From positions 1-64,000 of the IMG/VR virus record IMGVR_UViG_3300020473_002209: DNA of 64,000 nucleotides; one strand, 5' to 3'. Below the pieces are notes generated by a model. That model did not search any database, had not been told where the DNA came from, and was given only the letters and a program-made list of their open reading frames with translations. The translations under genes and the position numbers were made by a program. The stretch comes from a virus. This document shows positions 8,943-19,778 of the stretch, piece after piece. Position 1 is the first letter of the stretch, and each line of letters begins with the position of its first letter.

Positions 8943-11900
8943 ATGCCAGATTTACTTTCAGATATGAAGCTAGACTCTCTAGTAAACGTTGAAAAGGAAG
9001 AGGTAGTATCTCTAGTTGAGCTTTTATTAGGCGAGCAAGCCGCAATCTACAATAAAGAAAAAGAGCGTGCAAAGAATACAAGCACTCCGGGTGTCAAAGT
9101 AAAAAGCCGCCGCCAGCGTCGAAAATCCGGTCGTTCTGCGAAAACAAAAAACAAGCAAAAGTCGAAGACAGGTTCCTCAGTACAAAAAATGGAACAGCTA
9201 AGAGTAGCAAAGCAGCGACAGGAACGTCGGAAGCAGGCTTTATTAGCATACCAACTTCAATCAGGACAAAGAAGGATCGGCGATCCGGTCGGCCGATCAG
9301 GCGATGCCACGGCGTCTAAAAGAGTGGCTAAAAAAGATGCTGAGAAAGCAGCAAACTCTATTGAAATAAATGCCGCCTTAAGACCTGTAATATTGGGCTT
9401 AATAGACTTTCAACCAATCTTTGACTCAGATAAGAACGTTACGTCTGTTGGAAACTGCATAAAAGCAAAGCGCGCCGCAAGAGCAATGCATGTTGAAAAT
9501 CTTTTGGACATTGACACATCTGAAGAAATGATAGGAGAGCTTGATTGGCTAGCGGCGCATATTAAAAATCTTACGCAGCAACAAGAGTTTTTCTCTTCAT
9601 TAGACGCTAATAATATCGAGATGTATGAAGAAGCGCTATCTGCATTTGAGTTTGATTCCACTTCAGTTTCATCAGCGTCTAACACAGAGGTCTTATACAC
9701 TTTCATAAGGGACTACTGTTACTCTTTATCTGCATGCACCCCAAGACTTCTAGAGATGTCCGATAGAGAATTTGAAGCAGGAGCTAGATTACCGAGTTAT
9801 CCAAATAGCCCTAATCGCTTGAGGAAGCAATTGAAAACATCTCGTGCTTGCATGAGCACGATGTATTCCATAATGTCAGAAGATAATGAAATAGCGCTTA
9901 AGCATTTGCTGGCGACAATTTCAAGAGAGTATTTAGTGTCATTCAATAAAAAGAATGGTAACATTCCTGATGATGATGAGAGCATTTACCCTAGAAGTGG
10001 AGCCGCGTACAAGGGGTGGGGCTTTTGTTCTGCCCTAAACATCCGCCCTGCCGTCTCAAGAATGAGAGAAAACAATAACGGGGTTTCATCATCGAATATA
10101 TTTGGCAAATTTAATCTAAATGGAATTCTATATCCTTCAACTTTAAACCGCAAAAGAACGGCGGTCTATCCTTTCGAAAAATCTGAGCTTATAACAAATA
10201 GCAGACGATACGCTGCGGTGGATTCTGCTCCAGATCAAATTAAGAAATTATACAAGTCGGAAGAGCCATCAATCGCTGATGGTCCATATTCTGAGATATC
10301 GACACGCTGGGCAGAAACCGAGGAGTTCGTTAATAGTCTTTTAACAAATGAAACTTTGGAGCTTGGCTCATCACCTGGTTCTGAAGTGCTAGAATTGATC
10401 CTTAGGAACGTCGTGTTGGAGTGTTTAGAAAAGCTTCCCCAGTCCTCCTCTTCTACTGCGAGTATTTCAGATGCGATACAAATCGCATGGCTATGTGCAG
10501 CAGGTAGAGATAATTCTGCATGGAAGTGGCTGTTTTTGTTTTTAGCGTTTCTGCAAGACCAGTTTAGCGGTGCTGCAATAACTGGCGACACATCTGATAT
10601 CTCTGCGCTGGCTCATGTTGTAAAAAAAGATTCTTCCCTGATAAACATGCTTGGGAAACCCTCATCAAGTGGAACAAAGACGCAATTTTTTAGTGTTCCT
10701 GAATCATCTGTTCGTGTCTCTCCAAAGCCTGAAGACTGGGAAAACCCAACAACAATAGAGCCAATGGAAGTGACGCAAAAAACAGACATCGCTGAGGGTG
10801 AAAGTAGCGAGAACACATCACTTCAGTCTTATTTCGGGCTAAGCTGGGAAGAGGTTTGTGATAAGGTCACCATGGGTATTCGTGATAAGCTTTCAACTAG
10901 TACTAAATCGACTTCCAGCGAGTTGTCTGGAGAGACGTCTGTTAAGCTTGATGATATAAAAGACTCGCTAATGGCTCTTTCGACATCGGGTGATTCAATA
11001 TTCGCGAACCTTTTAGGACTGCTAGATGATGTAAATTACTTGTTTCTGAATGGGTCAATAGATGAGCTTGAGCTGACGACATTCACACAGATCCCATCCA
11101 ACCGCATGCATGGTGCTATAATACTTGCTGCTGCAAAGGTGTCATCTTTTTATATAGATGATTTAACGAATACAAGCGGAACAACTTCTGCTGTTTATGA
11201 GACAGAAGCTTCAAGCGTGTCTTCTCTTACAGGGAAGGCATCTATTGCAACATTGGCTGGTGGATCAACTGCAAAATTAATAGGTCCAAGAATGGCAGCA
11301 TCCTGGACTTCGCCCTCTGCAGGAGACAAGATTGCTCCAGCTGGCTTAAGTATGACATTTAGCTATGCTGGAGTGACTGATCGTATCGATGCTCTTTCTA
11401 CTTTTCTTGACTCTGAAGAGCAGAATTCTTCTACTTTAGAAGAAAGCTCTTCTGCTATTGCTCGAATCTTTACTGCGCTTGATGAAGACCATGAATTTGC
11501 AATAGGGTTTATTTCTTCTTTGTCAAAGTATTTTTCAAATGTAAGCGACAATTACACTGCGGTCGTCGATTCTTTGTCTTCTGATATCGATGATGAAACA
11601 GAGGGGACACAGAGTCTAAGAGAAAGAATAGAGGGTGGCTTGCCGATGTCGACAGATATGTGCAAGATGCTATTAAATTATATTCGGGTGTACGATTCAT
11701 CTGATGCGACTTACCGTGAGATACGTACAAGAGATAAGCTGCTTGCATGCTCGAATATGACGTTTATGTCAACCACGTTACAAGAAGAAGATTTCTGTGA
11801 AGCAAACAAACTAAAATACGCTGTTGTTGGAATACCTGCCGGCTTATTAGATATGACAAAAGAAGAGCCGATAGATCTTGATGATGTGGATCGAGAATTA

Positions 11901-12731
11901 TCAACTACTTCAAATGAAAATTTCTTGGTCTCTATTGAAAAAGTTGACCTGACCAGACCTGAGCTAGAGTACGTTGATAAAGAGTATTCATTTTCTAGAA
12001 ATTTATTTATTAACAGAGTAGATGATTCCACCGAGGGAGAGCTGATTGTAAATTTCGATTCCATCGATGGTGATTTTTCTGTAACAGAAGAGACAGAGTC
12101 AGGATTGTCAGAAGAGAAATATACGGATGAGCAAATAAACAATCTTAAGAATGATTTTGCTCTCAAGCTTTACTCCGATATCTTTTTAGATTTAGACTTC
12201 TTTCCTGATGCTTACCCTAATGGCACTCGACAGCGTAGGGGCGTCTTGACCGGATCTATTTCGATGCCAGCATTGGACGCCGTTAATAAAGATGAATCTT
12301 CGTTTTTGTCTGGAAGCAATATAGCATTTGACACAGACGATAGGAAGGTTGAGGCGTTTACATTCTACAATGAAAATGGTGAAACTCTTGACATGAATTT
12401 ATTCAAGGGTTTAGATCCCGTAGCGTTTTCTGTTTATTCTTATTTGAATTCTTATGGAGCCGTCGCATCAGCGGCTGATAAGAAAGAGTCTCTAAAATAT
12501 GGCACGATATTTGAAAGAGTACTTGCTATCCCATTTGATCCTTCATCATTTGAGGTAGAGATTTCAACTGATGAAGAAGACTCTGCATCTGTGAACGCAA
12601 AAAACAATAAGTTAACAGAGTCAGAAGCAGAAGTAGGAGTCGGGCTAGAAACATCTCAGGGCGTTGAGCTAGCTAATTACAGGGTGTATGTGACCATTCC
12701 AGAAACTGAATCAGAGGAGTCGACACAATGA
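8943..12731 (+). CDS. Large hypothetical protein (probably virion-associated)
   Basis: 1262 aa ORF tightly coupled to its neighbours; basic N-terminal region, acidic C-terminal region; no family recognised. Confidence 0.7.
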   Translation: MPDLLSDMKLDSLVNVEKEEVVSLVELLLGEQAAIYNKEKERAKNTSTPGVKVKSRRQRRKSGRSAKTKNKQKSKTGSSVQKMEQLRVAKQRQERRKQALLAYQLQSGQRRIGDPVGRSGDATASKRVAKKDAEKAANSIEINAALRPVILGLIDFQPIFDSDKNVTSVGNCIKAKRAARAMHVENLLDIDTSEEMIGELDWLAAHIKNLTQQQEFFSSLDANNIEMYEEALSAFEFDSTSVSSASNTEVLYTFIRDYCYSLSACTPRLLEMSDREFEAGARLPSYPNSPNRLRKQLKTSRACMSTMYSIMSEDNEIALKHLLATISREYLVSFNKKNGNIPDDDESIYPRSGAAYKGWGFCSALNIRPAVSRMRENNNGVSSSNIFGKFNLNGILYPSTLNRKRTAVYPFEKSELITNSRRYAAVDSAPDQIKKLYKSEEPSIADGPYSEISTRWAETEEFVNSLLTNETLELGSSPGSEVLELILRNVVLECLEKLPQSSSSTASISDAIQIAWLCAAGRDNSAWKWLFLFLAFLQDQFSGAAITGDTSDISALAHVVKKDSSLINMLGKPSSSGTKTQFFSVPESSVRVSPKPEDWENPTTIEPMEVTQKTDIAEGESSENTSLQSYFGLSWEEVCDKVTMGIRDKLSTSTKSTSSELSGETSVKLDDIKDSLMALSTSGDSIFANLLGLLDDVNYLFLNGSIDELELTTFTQIPSNRMHGAIILAAAKVSSFYIDDLTNTSGTTSAVYETEASSVSSLTGKASIATLAGGSTAKLIGPRMAASWTSPSAGDKIAPAGLSMTFSYAGVTDRIDALSTFLDSEEQNSSTLEESSSAIARIFTALDEDHEFAIGFISSLSKYFSNVSDNYTAVVDSLSSDIDDETEGTQSLRERIEGGLPMSTDMCKMLLNYIRVYDSSDATYREIRTRDKLLACSNMTFMSTTLQEEDFCEANKLKYAVVGIPAGLLDMTKEEPIDLDDVDRELSTTSNENFLVSIEKVDLTRPELEYVDKEYSFSRNLFINRVDDSTEGELIVNFDSIDGDFSVTEETESGLSEEKYTDEQINNLKNDFALKLYSDIFLDLDFFPDAYPNGTRQRRGVLTGSISMPALDAVNKDESSFLSGSNIAFDTDDRKVEAFTFYNENGETLDMNLFKGLDPVAFSVYSYLNSYGAVASAADKKESLKYGTIFERVLAIPFDPSSFEVEISTDEEDSASVNAKNNKLTESEAEVGVGLETSQGVELANYRVYVTIPETESEESTQ

Positions 12732-14524
12732 GCGTAGAATCTATACCAAGCCAGCCTCTTCCTGTTTTTGATGTACCAGAAATGATAGACATAAAAGCAG
12801 AATTTAGATACAACTTTTTTGTTGCAGATGAAACAATAGATGAAAGTGGCAATCGTGCAGTGAACGGTAATCTATCTCGCAGATTTAAGAATAAGGGCAC
12901 AGTTGATGAAACTAATCTTGACGCCCGTCAGTCTCGATACGCTACACTAACTTTTGGGCTTAAAGATACAAAGAAAAGTATGTTGGCTACAAAGAATTCA
13001 TCACTGAGATCCACACGAAGGGAAATCCGTCGATCCCTACGTAGGGGAAAGATTTTTACCGAAGACGAAGCTGCTGGCTTAAATTTCTCCGCGCTTTGCG
13101 CAGGCAACCTGCAACTACCACAGAATATAGAAAACATGGTAAGAATGCGGCTTAATTCGCTTGGCACTGATGAAGCTACCCCGCTTGAGCTACTTACAAC
13201 AATCGCAGAAACCAGCGAAATAGACTCAAATTTATTAGAGAGCCTGTTACCCCCCTCATTGAATGAAGAGCCCGAAAGCGCTGCTTATACAGATTTCTTT
13301 GTTAACGAATCAAAGGCTTCAACGTTAATGCAGCTTAATTCCACTTATGCACCCTATATGCGAAGAACATCAGCACAAAGGGGGACGTCTATTGGGATGT
13401 CTCAAATTGTTGAAGACTATTTGGCTTCATTAAAGAAGTCAAAAGCTATCTCAAATAACCCGAGTCTGCTTAGCAATGATGAATACTTGTTTGACATTCC
13501 CTACATAGATTTAGAGCAGGTAGACACAGATGACTTTGTTGCAGAGGCAGATGTCGTGGGGTTTGTAATCCAAAAGAAGCGGGTTTATAAGGGAGTACGT
13601 TACCCGATGCCTCCGATTATTGCGATGGGGCAAAAGGTGAGAACAGTATATGATTCTCAGATAGCTTATGGTCAAACCTACGAATATACAGGACACACTA
13701 TAGCAAAGTTTAGAGTGCCAGCTACAGACACTGAGGGAAATATGTTTATTAAAACATTCCTGGTGTCTTCTAAACCAGCTCCCGTGGTGACTCTAGTTGC
13801 AAAAGAAACGCGGCGCCCCGATCCGCCGGCAGATGTTAATTACTATTTTGAATATGATAGTGAGAACCTTGTTATAACATGGGCACCCCCTGTGAATCCT
13901 CAAAGAGACGTAAAGTATATCCAGGTATTTCGGAGAAAATCTATTGATGATGCTTTCACGCTTATTAAGCATTTTGATTTTGACGACTCTGTAGTTAGAT
14001 CAGACCCTAAAGAGCATATCGACCCAGGTTTAGATAAGTCTGTGGTAACGATGCCGACGTATTTCATAGACAGTGAATTTGATAAGACGAAATCTTATAT
14101 TTATGCCATAGTTGCGATTGATGCGAGACAGATCAGCTCAAGATACTCTACTCAAATAAAAGTGAGCTTTGACAAGTCTAAGAATAAGATAAAGAAAGAG
14201 TTTATTTCTTACGCAGGTGCTCCAAAGCAGTACCCTAATTGGTTCTTAAAGCAAAACTTTTTTGTAGACACCATGAAAGATAGCGCTCATAAGGCCGTAC
14301 AGATTTACTTTAACCCAGAAGCTTATACACTTCTTAAGAATGGAAGGGAAGTAATTCCGGCTTTTTGTACAACATCACAAGACCCTCTTTCAAAATACGT
14401 TTTTCAGTTTATAAATACTGACAGGTTATTAGATCAGAAGTTAGAAGTTACGATTGATGATTCGATTTTGGTAGAGGCACCAGTTAAGCAAAAAACCACA
14501 CTAGAGCAAGATATAAGTGAGTGA
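12728..14524 (+). CDS. FN3-domain structural protein
   Basis: PDPPADVNYYF...LVITWAPP...YIQVFRR...YIYAIVAIDARQISSRYS is a typical FN3 pattern; ATGA overlap with the upstream gene. Confidence 0.7.
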   Translation: MSVESIPSQPLPVFDVPEMIDIKAEFRYNFFVADETIDESGNRAVNGNLSRRFKNKGTVDETNLDARQSRYATLTFGLKDTKKSMLATKNSSLRSTRREIRRSLRRGKIFTEDEAAGLNFSALCAGNLQLPQNIENMVRMRLNSLGTDEATPLELLTTIAETSEIDSNLLESLLPPSLNEEPESAAYTDFFVNESKASTLMQLNSTYAPYMRRTSAQRGTSIGMSQIVEDYLASLKKSKAISNNPSLLSNDEYLFDIPYIDLEQVDTDDFVAEADVVGFVIQKKRVYKGVRYPMPPIIAMGQKVRTVYDSQIAYGQTYEYTGHTIAKFRVPATDTEGNMFIKTFLVSSKPAPVVTLVAKETRRPDPPADVNYYFEYDSENLVITWAPPVNPQRDVKYIQVFRRKSIDDAFTLIKHFDFDDSVVRSDPKEHIDPGLDKSVVTMPTYFIDSEFDKTKSYIYAIVAIDARQISSRYSTQIKVSFDKSKNKIKKEFISYAGAPKQYPNWFLKQNFFVDTMKDSAHKAVQIYFNPEAYTLLKNGREVIPAFCTTSQDPLSKYVFQFINTDRLLDQKLEVTIDDSILVEAPVKQKTTLEQDISE

Positions 14525-14526
14525 AT

Positions 14527-14556
14527 GTTTACTACGTTTTTAGAGATGTATAATTA
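14527..14556 (+). promoter_or_regulatory. Overlapping sigma70-like (GTTTAC-16-TATAAT) and late-type (ATAATTA) promoter elements
   Basis: gtttactacgtttttagagatgtataattaaa, followed by GAGGAG/GGAGG RBS. Confidence 0.55.
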
Positions 14557-14580
14557 AACCCTGAGGAGTGGAGGAAGCAC

Positions 14581-15291
14581 ATGGGCTTTTTAGACAATAG
14601 CACGAACAACATTATAGTAGATGCGGTTCTCACCGACTATGGTAGGGAATTATTGTCAAGAAATGATGGCAGCTTTTCGATTGTTAAGTTTGCTTTTGGA
14701 GATGATGAGGTAGATTATACTACGGTACAGAAGTTCGGAAGAACGGTTGGTAAAGAAAAGATAGAAAAAAATACACCGGTTTTTGAAGCGCAGACAAACC
14801 AGAATTATGCGCTGAAAAACAAGCTTATAAGTCTTTCAAACCCAACGCTGGTTAAGCTACCGGGCGTGACTCTTACTGGGGACGGCTTAAGCGGCAATAC
14901 ACTGTCCTTCAAGCGAACAGGTGCCAGCGCGCAACGTTCTGTCACCTTCACGCAATCTGTTACAGATGAAAATACGTTGGATCCAGAGTTAAGAGACCAG
15001 ACATTCTTGGTGAAGCTGCCGTATCGCTTTTTGGAGCTAGTAGGTTCAGACAACACTCCTGACTCAATAGATTCTAATGACATAGCAACATATATCGTTA
15101 CAAGAGATAGCTCCACTACCGCAATCGGGGGCTCAAAGTTAACTCTCAATATTAAGACTCGATCGATTTCTGACAGCGTCTTCACCTATTACGGCGATGC
15201 CGACAACAAGTCTCAGATTTCTAGCACTCTTCGAGTAATCGGCGTGCAGTCAGGTGTTGTTTCAGAGTTGACCGTTTCGGTACAGAAGTGA
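14581..15291 (+). CDS. Baseplate/fibre-attachment structural protein (tail-collar-like N-half)
   Basis: IVDAVLTDYGRELLS...FSIVKFAFGDDEVDY motif, common in large myovirus baseplate regions. Confidence 0.6.
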   Translation: MGFLDNSTNNIIVDAVLTDYGRELLSRNDGSFSIVKFAFGDDEVDYTTVQKFGRTVGKEKIEKNTPVFEAQTNQNYALKNKLISLSNPTLVKLPGVTLTGDGLSGNTLSFKRTGASAQRSVTFTQSVTDENTLDPELRDQTFLVKLPYRFLELVGSDNTPDSIDSNDIATYIVTRDSSTTAIGGSKLTLNIKTRSISDSVFTYYGDADNKSQISSTLRVIGVQSGVVSELTVSVQK

Positions 15292-15301
15292 GGAAAGATT
15301 A

Positions 15302-16627
15302 GTGGCTACATTTAAAGAAATCTCAGCAGCAGACGTTAAGACATCGCGCTCTGTGCTAAATCAGCTTGTAGATGTTATTCAAGAAGATATTTCTGGGTCT
15401 GCGACTAGACGAACATACCAGATGTGGGTAACTGGTGGTATTGGTCCCGGTGTTACGTCTTCGCTGTACCAGACAGTATATGATCAAGATTTTTCGCTTC
15501 AAACCGCTAACCCCATTATGGATATGACAGCAGGTTTGTGGGTTTCCGGGTCGACAGTGCTGAGCTGCTCATCGGGGCTGGATGCCAATGGAAAAATGCT
15601 GTTTCCTTCTAGCTCATTAATGATGAGAGAAAAAGTAGACATCTATAAGCAATATGCAGCTAGTTTACTTGGGAATGCTGAATCAGCTTTTACGACCCCG
15701 TTCGGTAGCGCAACAGCTACAGACCAAGTTGACGCAGCCGTATTTCTTTCTTTCAAGAGATTATTTTCCCGTGACAAAGTAAAAAGAGAGACGTTTGCTC
15801 TTAAGATGTACGCGTCTGCTTCGGAAGTACAATTCCCAGAAGATGGTGGCCAGAACAAATTTACAGTACCAGGTGGCTCTGCTTGGGGTGGAGACAGTGG
15901 CGATACAATGTGGTTCGGAATTCCGAACCTTGATAAGACGTCTACAGGCTCTGTAAGAATTTATACAGATTTCGGAGCATCTCAAAATAGGCGCAGAACG
16001 TTTGGCGGAGAAGTTGGTGATTTGGTTGATTCATCTGATACGACAAAGAAGATTGGATTGATTTTCTACGATCAAGGTACGGTTGTGCTAAACGTCGATA
16101 GAGCCATTAACTCTAAGCAGTACGCTAGCGGAACCATCGATGGAATGACTGCGACTGCGAACAAGGATGTTCCTCGAGGAAAAGCACTCTTGGGATTTGG
16201 TAACGGTACAATAACACGTAACAATGGAAGCGAATGTCTTGGTAGTAAAGCGCAGTTTGTTCCTGACTTCTTTACATCTGGCTCCATTGACGATATCGTT
16301 ACACACTTCGCTACAACAAGATTTAGCTCTGGCTCATTGACGGCATGTACGTTCCAGAACAATACGAATATTAATTCAACCCTGATTTTCTGTAGAGCAA
16401 CAGCGGATGAGTTCAACTATTCATCAAACCCGACCTACACAGACACGAATAATAGAATTAGAGTTATCGATGAAGGGCAAGAAGACGTACAACGGTCATT
16501 CAGTTTTATAACGACTGTTGGTCTATATGACGTAAATGACAACCTATTGGCGGTTGCTAAGCTTTCAAGACCCATCGAAAAGAATGACGAAAAGGATTTG
16601 ACTGTTAGGGTAAGGCTGGACTTCTAG
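15302..16627 (+). CDS. Baseplate/fibre-attachment structural protein (tail-collar-like C-half)
   Basis: GTG start after GAGGA. C-terminus EFNYSSNPTY...FITTVGLYDVNDNLLAVAKLSRPIEK...VRVRLDF. Confidence 0.65.
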   Translation: MATFKEISAADVKTSRSVLNQLVDVIQEDISGSATRRTYQMWVTGGIGPGVTSSLYQTVYDQDFSLQTANPIMDMTAGLWVSGSTVLSCSSGLDANGKMLFPSSSLMMREKVDIYKQYAASLLGNAESAFTTPFGSATATDQVDAAVFLSFKRLFSRDKVKRETFALKMYASASEVQFPEDGGQNKFTVPGGSAWGGDSGDTMWFGIPNLDKTSTGSVRIYTDFGASQNRRRTFGGEVGDLVDSSDTTKKIGLIFYDQGTVVLNVDRAINSKQYASGTIDGMTATANKDVPRGKALLGFGNGTITRNNGSECLGSKAQFVPDFFTSGSIDDIVTHFATTRFSSGSLTACTFQNNTNINSTLIFCRATADEFNYSSNPTYTDTNNRIRVIDEGQEDVQRSFSFITTVGLYDVNDNLLAVAKLSRPIEKNDEKDLTVRVRLDF

Positions 16628-16638
16628 TGGGGGTATAG

Positions 16639-19230
16639 ATGTCCCTTTTTAGGCTTGACAAAAATTACTTTGACAGTTTTAAGATTCTTACGAAGCCTAT
16701 TCGGACTTTTGTTTCAGCATCAGGTGCAAATCCTGGTGCGGGCGGGGAGTCTGAGCTAGCTGGAGCTGTAAAAGTATTCCCGCTAGCTGCGATGGGAATG
16801 AAAGAGGTGCCAAAAGAGGCACCACCTGATTCTCCTCCGTTAGCAGATTCTTTAGAAGAGTATCGACTCTCTGTTTTAGCAATAACAGCGTCAGCCGACA
16901 CCACATCTATTTCGTACGATGAAATAGACCAATATATGCTTATGGTAAATTCTGCCAGCGTATCTGCTAAGCGACAAAAAGAAGTTGAGATACTACGGTT
17001 CGAGCCATCGTTTAAGTTTACCAGTGACACGTTAAGAAAAAGAGTCATCCAAGAAGTTTTATTCCCCTTTTATAGACCACAATATGGGTCAACATGTAAT
17101 TGGGCTTTTTCGAATTATCATACGTTAAATTTCTTTTATACAGATGAACCAGAAAGAACGGCTTGGGAAGAGCGCTGTGTCCCCATGGGCCCTGCACTTG
17201 CTCGAATTCCCTCTAGCTCTGTGTTGATATACCCTGCAATGTCGGCAAGCTCAGCCGGGATTGTTCGCTCTGCGAACAGTCAGCTTAACGGCTTGACGCC
17301 ATACCGCCCAACAGGCTCTTTCTCTTTTGAGTTCTATATAAACCCTCGATATACAACTTTCGAGCGAGGCGGAGAGTTCAGGGCTGGAACATTGTTTCAC
17401 ATGTCAAGCTCTTTCGCTCTTTCTTTGGTCGCGGGTGATTCGAAAGACGACAACGGGTACCTGGATGGATATCGCTTATTACTGCAATTGTCCCACAGCG
17501 CAGACATTCCGCCTTCTAAGATTGCGATGGATACCCTGGCAGCACCTTCAGCAGGTCATCTTGTGTATTCTTCATCCAACAATTCTTTGAAAAGAAATCA
17601 TTGGCACTATTGCTGCGTTCGGTGGGGTTGGCATGATCAGAACTCAACTGGATCGTTCTTTATTGACGGTGAAGAGAGGGGCACATTCTTAATTAGAGAT
17701 ATGTTCTTGACAGCCAGCGGGTTGACTCAGTCTGGAAGTTGGCTTCAAGCAACAAGGTTGGATACGGTTCGTGATTCCGGAAGAGAGCGAGGCGCTCCGG
17801 ATGCGCTCTTTGTGGGTAACTATTATGATGGTCCCAACGATGATTCACCAACTTGGGGCGGCGCTGGAACCGACTCTTATATTGCACAATTCTTTAATCC
17901 TACCGCAGCGTACAAGGATGGCATAAAAAACTTTTATCCAACAATCGATAAAGACTCTGTTGATTCTCCCACTGAACCGACGATCTATAATTTCAGTCAT
18001 CCTCTTCAAGCAGAAGTGCATGAGCTAAAGATTTACAGCCGATATCGTGATGATGGTGAGATATTAACTTCTAGCGTTGATGGGATAGAAAACCTTTATA
18101 GCGCGTCTTCGGACGGTCTTGAATTTTATGTTCCACCATTTTTCATGAAAGATACTAAGACTAGAGATATTTTTCAAACACCATTCCAGACTGTACGTGG
18201 CTCCACTGATGATCCATTCAACGTGCCATTGTCTTTTGGCGTTGGTGGTCATTATTTGAATCTAGAGAATTTCACCAAAGAGCTAGTACAAAAGCAATGG
18301 CCCCGGCTTTTTAGATTAACCGGAAGCACCATAGATACAGATACTGGGTGGCAAAGCTGTAATTACTTCTTAAATACAACGGGTAGTGTAAGAAAAAGAA
18401 ATTTGACAATTCTTCCGTGTGATAACGGATTGTTCAACCAGAATTTTGGTCTCTTGGAACAAGTTGTCACTTCCTCTGATTCCTTAAGTTTATTTGTCGA
18501 TGATATGGGAACAAGAAGGCTGAGTTTGATTAGCTTGAACAATCTCTTACCGACTGGGTCAATTGGAGAAGGGCTGCTTGGTACCGAAACAGCTGGCTCG
18601 ATATCGCAAGCTTTGCAAGGCCCAACGCCAGATGATCCCTCTGTACCAGCTGGAGCCATCCTAACGATTTATAACAGAACACGTGATCCATCGTCTAATG
18701 AAGTTTCTTTCTTCGATGCTAGTAACCTGTTTTATGGAAACAAGATCGACCCTGGCTCGTATGTTTTGACAGACCCTCTTATAACTGGCTCTTCCGGGCG
18801 TGTTAAAATTACTCTTAAAGATAACGGCCGCGGAAATCTATACAGGGCAGATGCAACAGGTAGTCACCCATTGTGGTCTACTGTTGGCACTATAATGTAC
18901 GAAGAGGGTCTTGCTGTCGTAAAGACACCGGTTATACCAAGGTTCGGAAGAGATCGATTTGAGGTCAATCTGAAGGGACAGCAGAATATCTACAACCTAA
19001 GAATGAGTGTCCCGGCTGAGGAAGGGAATTTAGATCTTTCAGTGAATCCATCATTCAAGAATTTGGCGCCATCAGGCTTGACAGCTGATTCGTTATCTGA
19101 CTTTACTTACATAACGAATGTTAACTTTTTGGATGAAAACCTTAATGTTATACTTAAGTCTCACTTCTCTCAAGCGATTGTGAAGAGGGTTGATGATAGG
19201 TTTGTCGTAAGAGTTAAGCTGGATTTTTAG
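16639..19230 (+). CDS. LamG/ConA-like domain virion protein; C-terminus paralogous to 15302
   Basis: FSFEFYINP...WHYCCVRW...FFIDG...VHELKIYSRYR is a LamG pattern. C-terminus YITNVNFLDENLNVILKSHFSQAIVKR..DRFVVRVKLDF. Confidence 0.65.
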   Translation: MSLFRLDKNYFDSFKILTKPIRTFVSASGANPGAGGESELAGAVKVFPLAAMGMKEVPKEAPPDSPPLADSLEEYRLSVLAITASADTTSISYDEIDQYMLMVNSASVSAKRQKEVEILRFEPSFKFTSDTLRKRVIQEVLFPFYRPQYGSTCNWAFSNYHTLNFFYTDEPERTAWEERCVPMGPALARIPSSSVLIYPAMSASSAGIVRSANSQLNGLTPYRPTGSFSFEFYINPRYTTFERGGEFRAGTLFHMSSSFALSLVAGDSKDDNGYLDGYRLLLQLSHSADIPPSKIAMDTLAAPSAGHLVYSSSNNSLKRNHWHYCCVRWGWHDQNSTGSFFIDGEERGTFLIRDMFLTASGLTQSGSWLQATRLDTVRDSGRERGAPDALFVGNYYDGPNDDSPTWGGAGTDSYIAQFFNPTAAYKDGIKNFYPTIDKDSVDSPTEPTIYNFSHPLQAEVHELKIYSRYRDDGEILTSSVDGIENLYSASSDGLEFYVPPFFMKDTKTRDIFQTPFQTVRGSTDDPFNVPLSFGVGGHYLNLENFTKELVQKQWPRLFRLTGSTIDTDTGWQSCNYFLNTTGSVRKRNLTILPCDNGLFNQNFGLLEQVVTSSDSLSLFVDDMGTRRLSLISLNNLLPTGSIGEGLLGTETAGSISQALQGPTPDDPSVPAGAILTIYNRTRDPSSNEVSFFDASNLFYGNKIDPGSYVLTDPLITGSSGRVKITLKDNGRGNLYRADATGSHPLWSTVGTIMYEEGLAVVKTPVIPRFGRDRFEVNLKGQQNIYNLRMSVPAEEGNLDLSVNPSFKNLAPSGLTADSLSDFTYITNVNFLDENLNVILKSHFSQAIVKRVDDRFVVRVKLDF

Positions 19231-19778
19231 TGCACTATATTCTAGGTTTAGATATATCAACCTCAAATGTTGGGTGGTGTATCTTAGAAAAAAATACGGG
19301 TCGATTTGTGGATGCCAGTGCGGTATTACTGGGCAAGGTCCCTTGCGTATTTCAGAAAGCTGAGAATGTAAGGCAAGAATTGAAAAACATACAAGACCGC
19401 TATAATATTACTCATGTAGCTATAGAAGAAAATCTTCAGGCATTTCGGCCAGGATTTTCTAGCGCAAAAACTATCGTGACTCTCGCGCGGTTTAATGGGA
19501 TGGTTAGCTTAATGTCTTATGATGTGTTTGGTCTGTCCCCCTCTTTTATCAATGTGAACCATGCAAGAAAGAGGGTTGGCCTTAAGATAGATAGAAAGTC
19601 TGAAACTAGCACGAAAGACCAGGTTCTAAATTTCGCAAGAGGAAGAATATCAAGCTTTGAGTGGCCGATGCGCACGCTCAAGTCAGGCCCTAGAAAAGGT
19701 CTTGTACTCTTTGCTGATAGCTGTTATGATATATCAGATGCTTATGTTATAGCTTCTTCTTGTGTGAAAAATGAGTGA
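19230..19778 (+). CDS. ruvC: RuvC-like Holliday junction resolvase
   Basis: ILGLDIST..GW, VAIEE, and D.SDAYVIA catalytic acidic pattern of the RNase H/RuvC fold. Confidence 0.8.
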   Translation: MHYILGLDISTSNVGWCILEKNTGRFVDASAVLLGKVPCVFQKAENVRQELKNIQDRYNITHVAIEENLQAFRPGFSSAKTIVTLARFNGMVSLMSYDVFGLSPSFINVNHARKRVGLKIDRKSETSTKDQVLNFARGRISSFEWPMRTLKSGPRKGLVLFADSCYDISDAYVIASSCVKNE

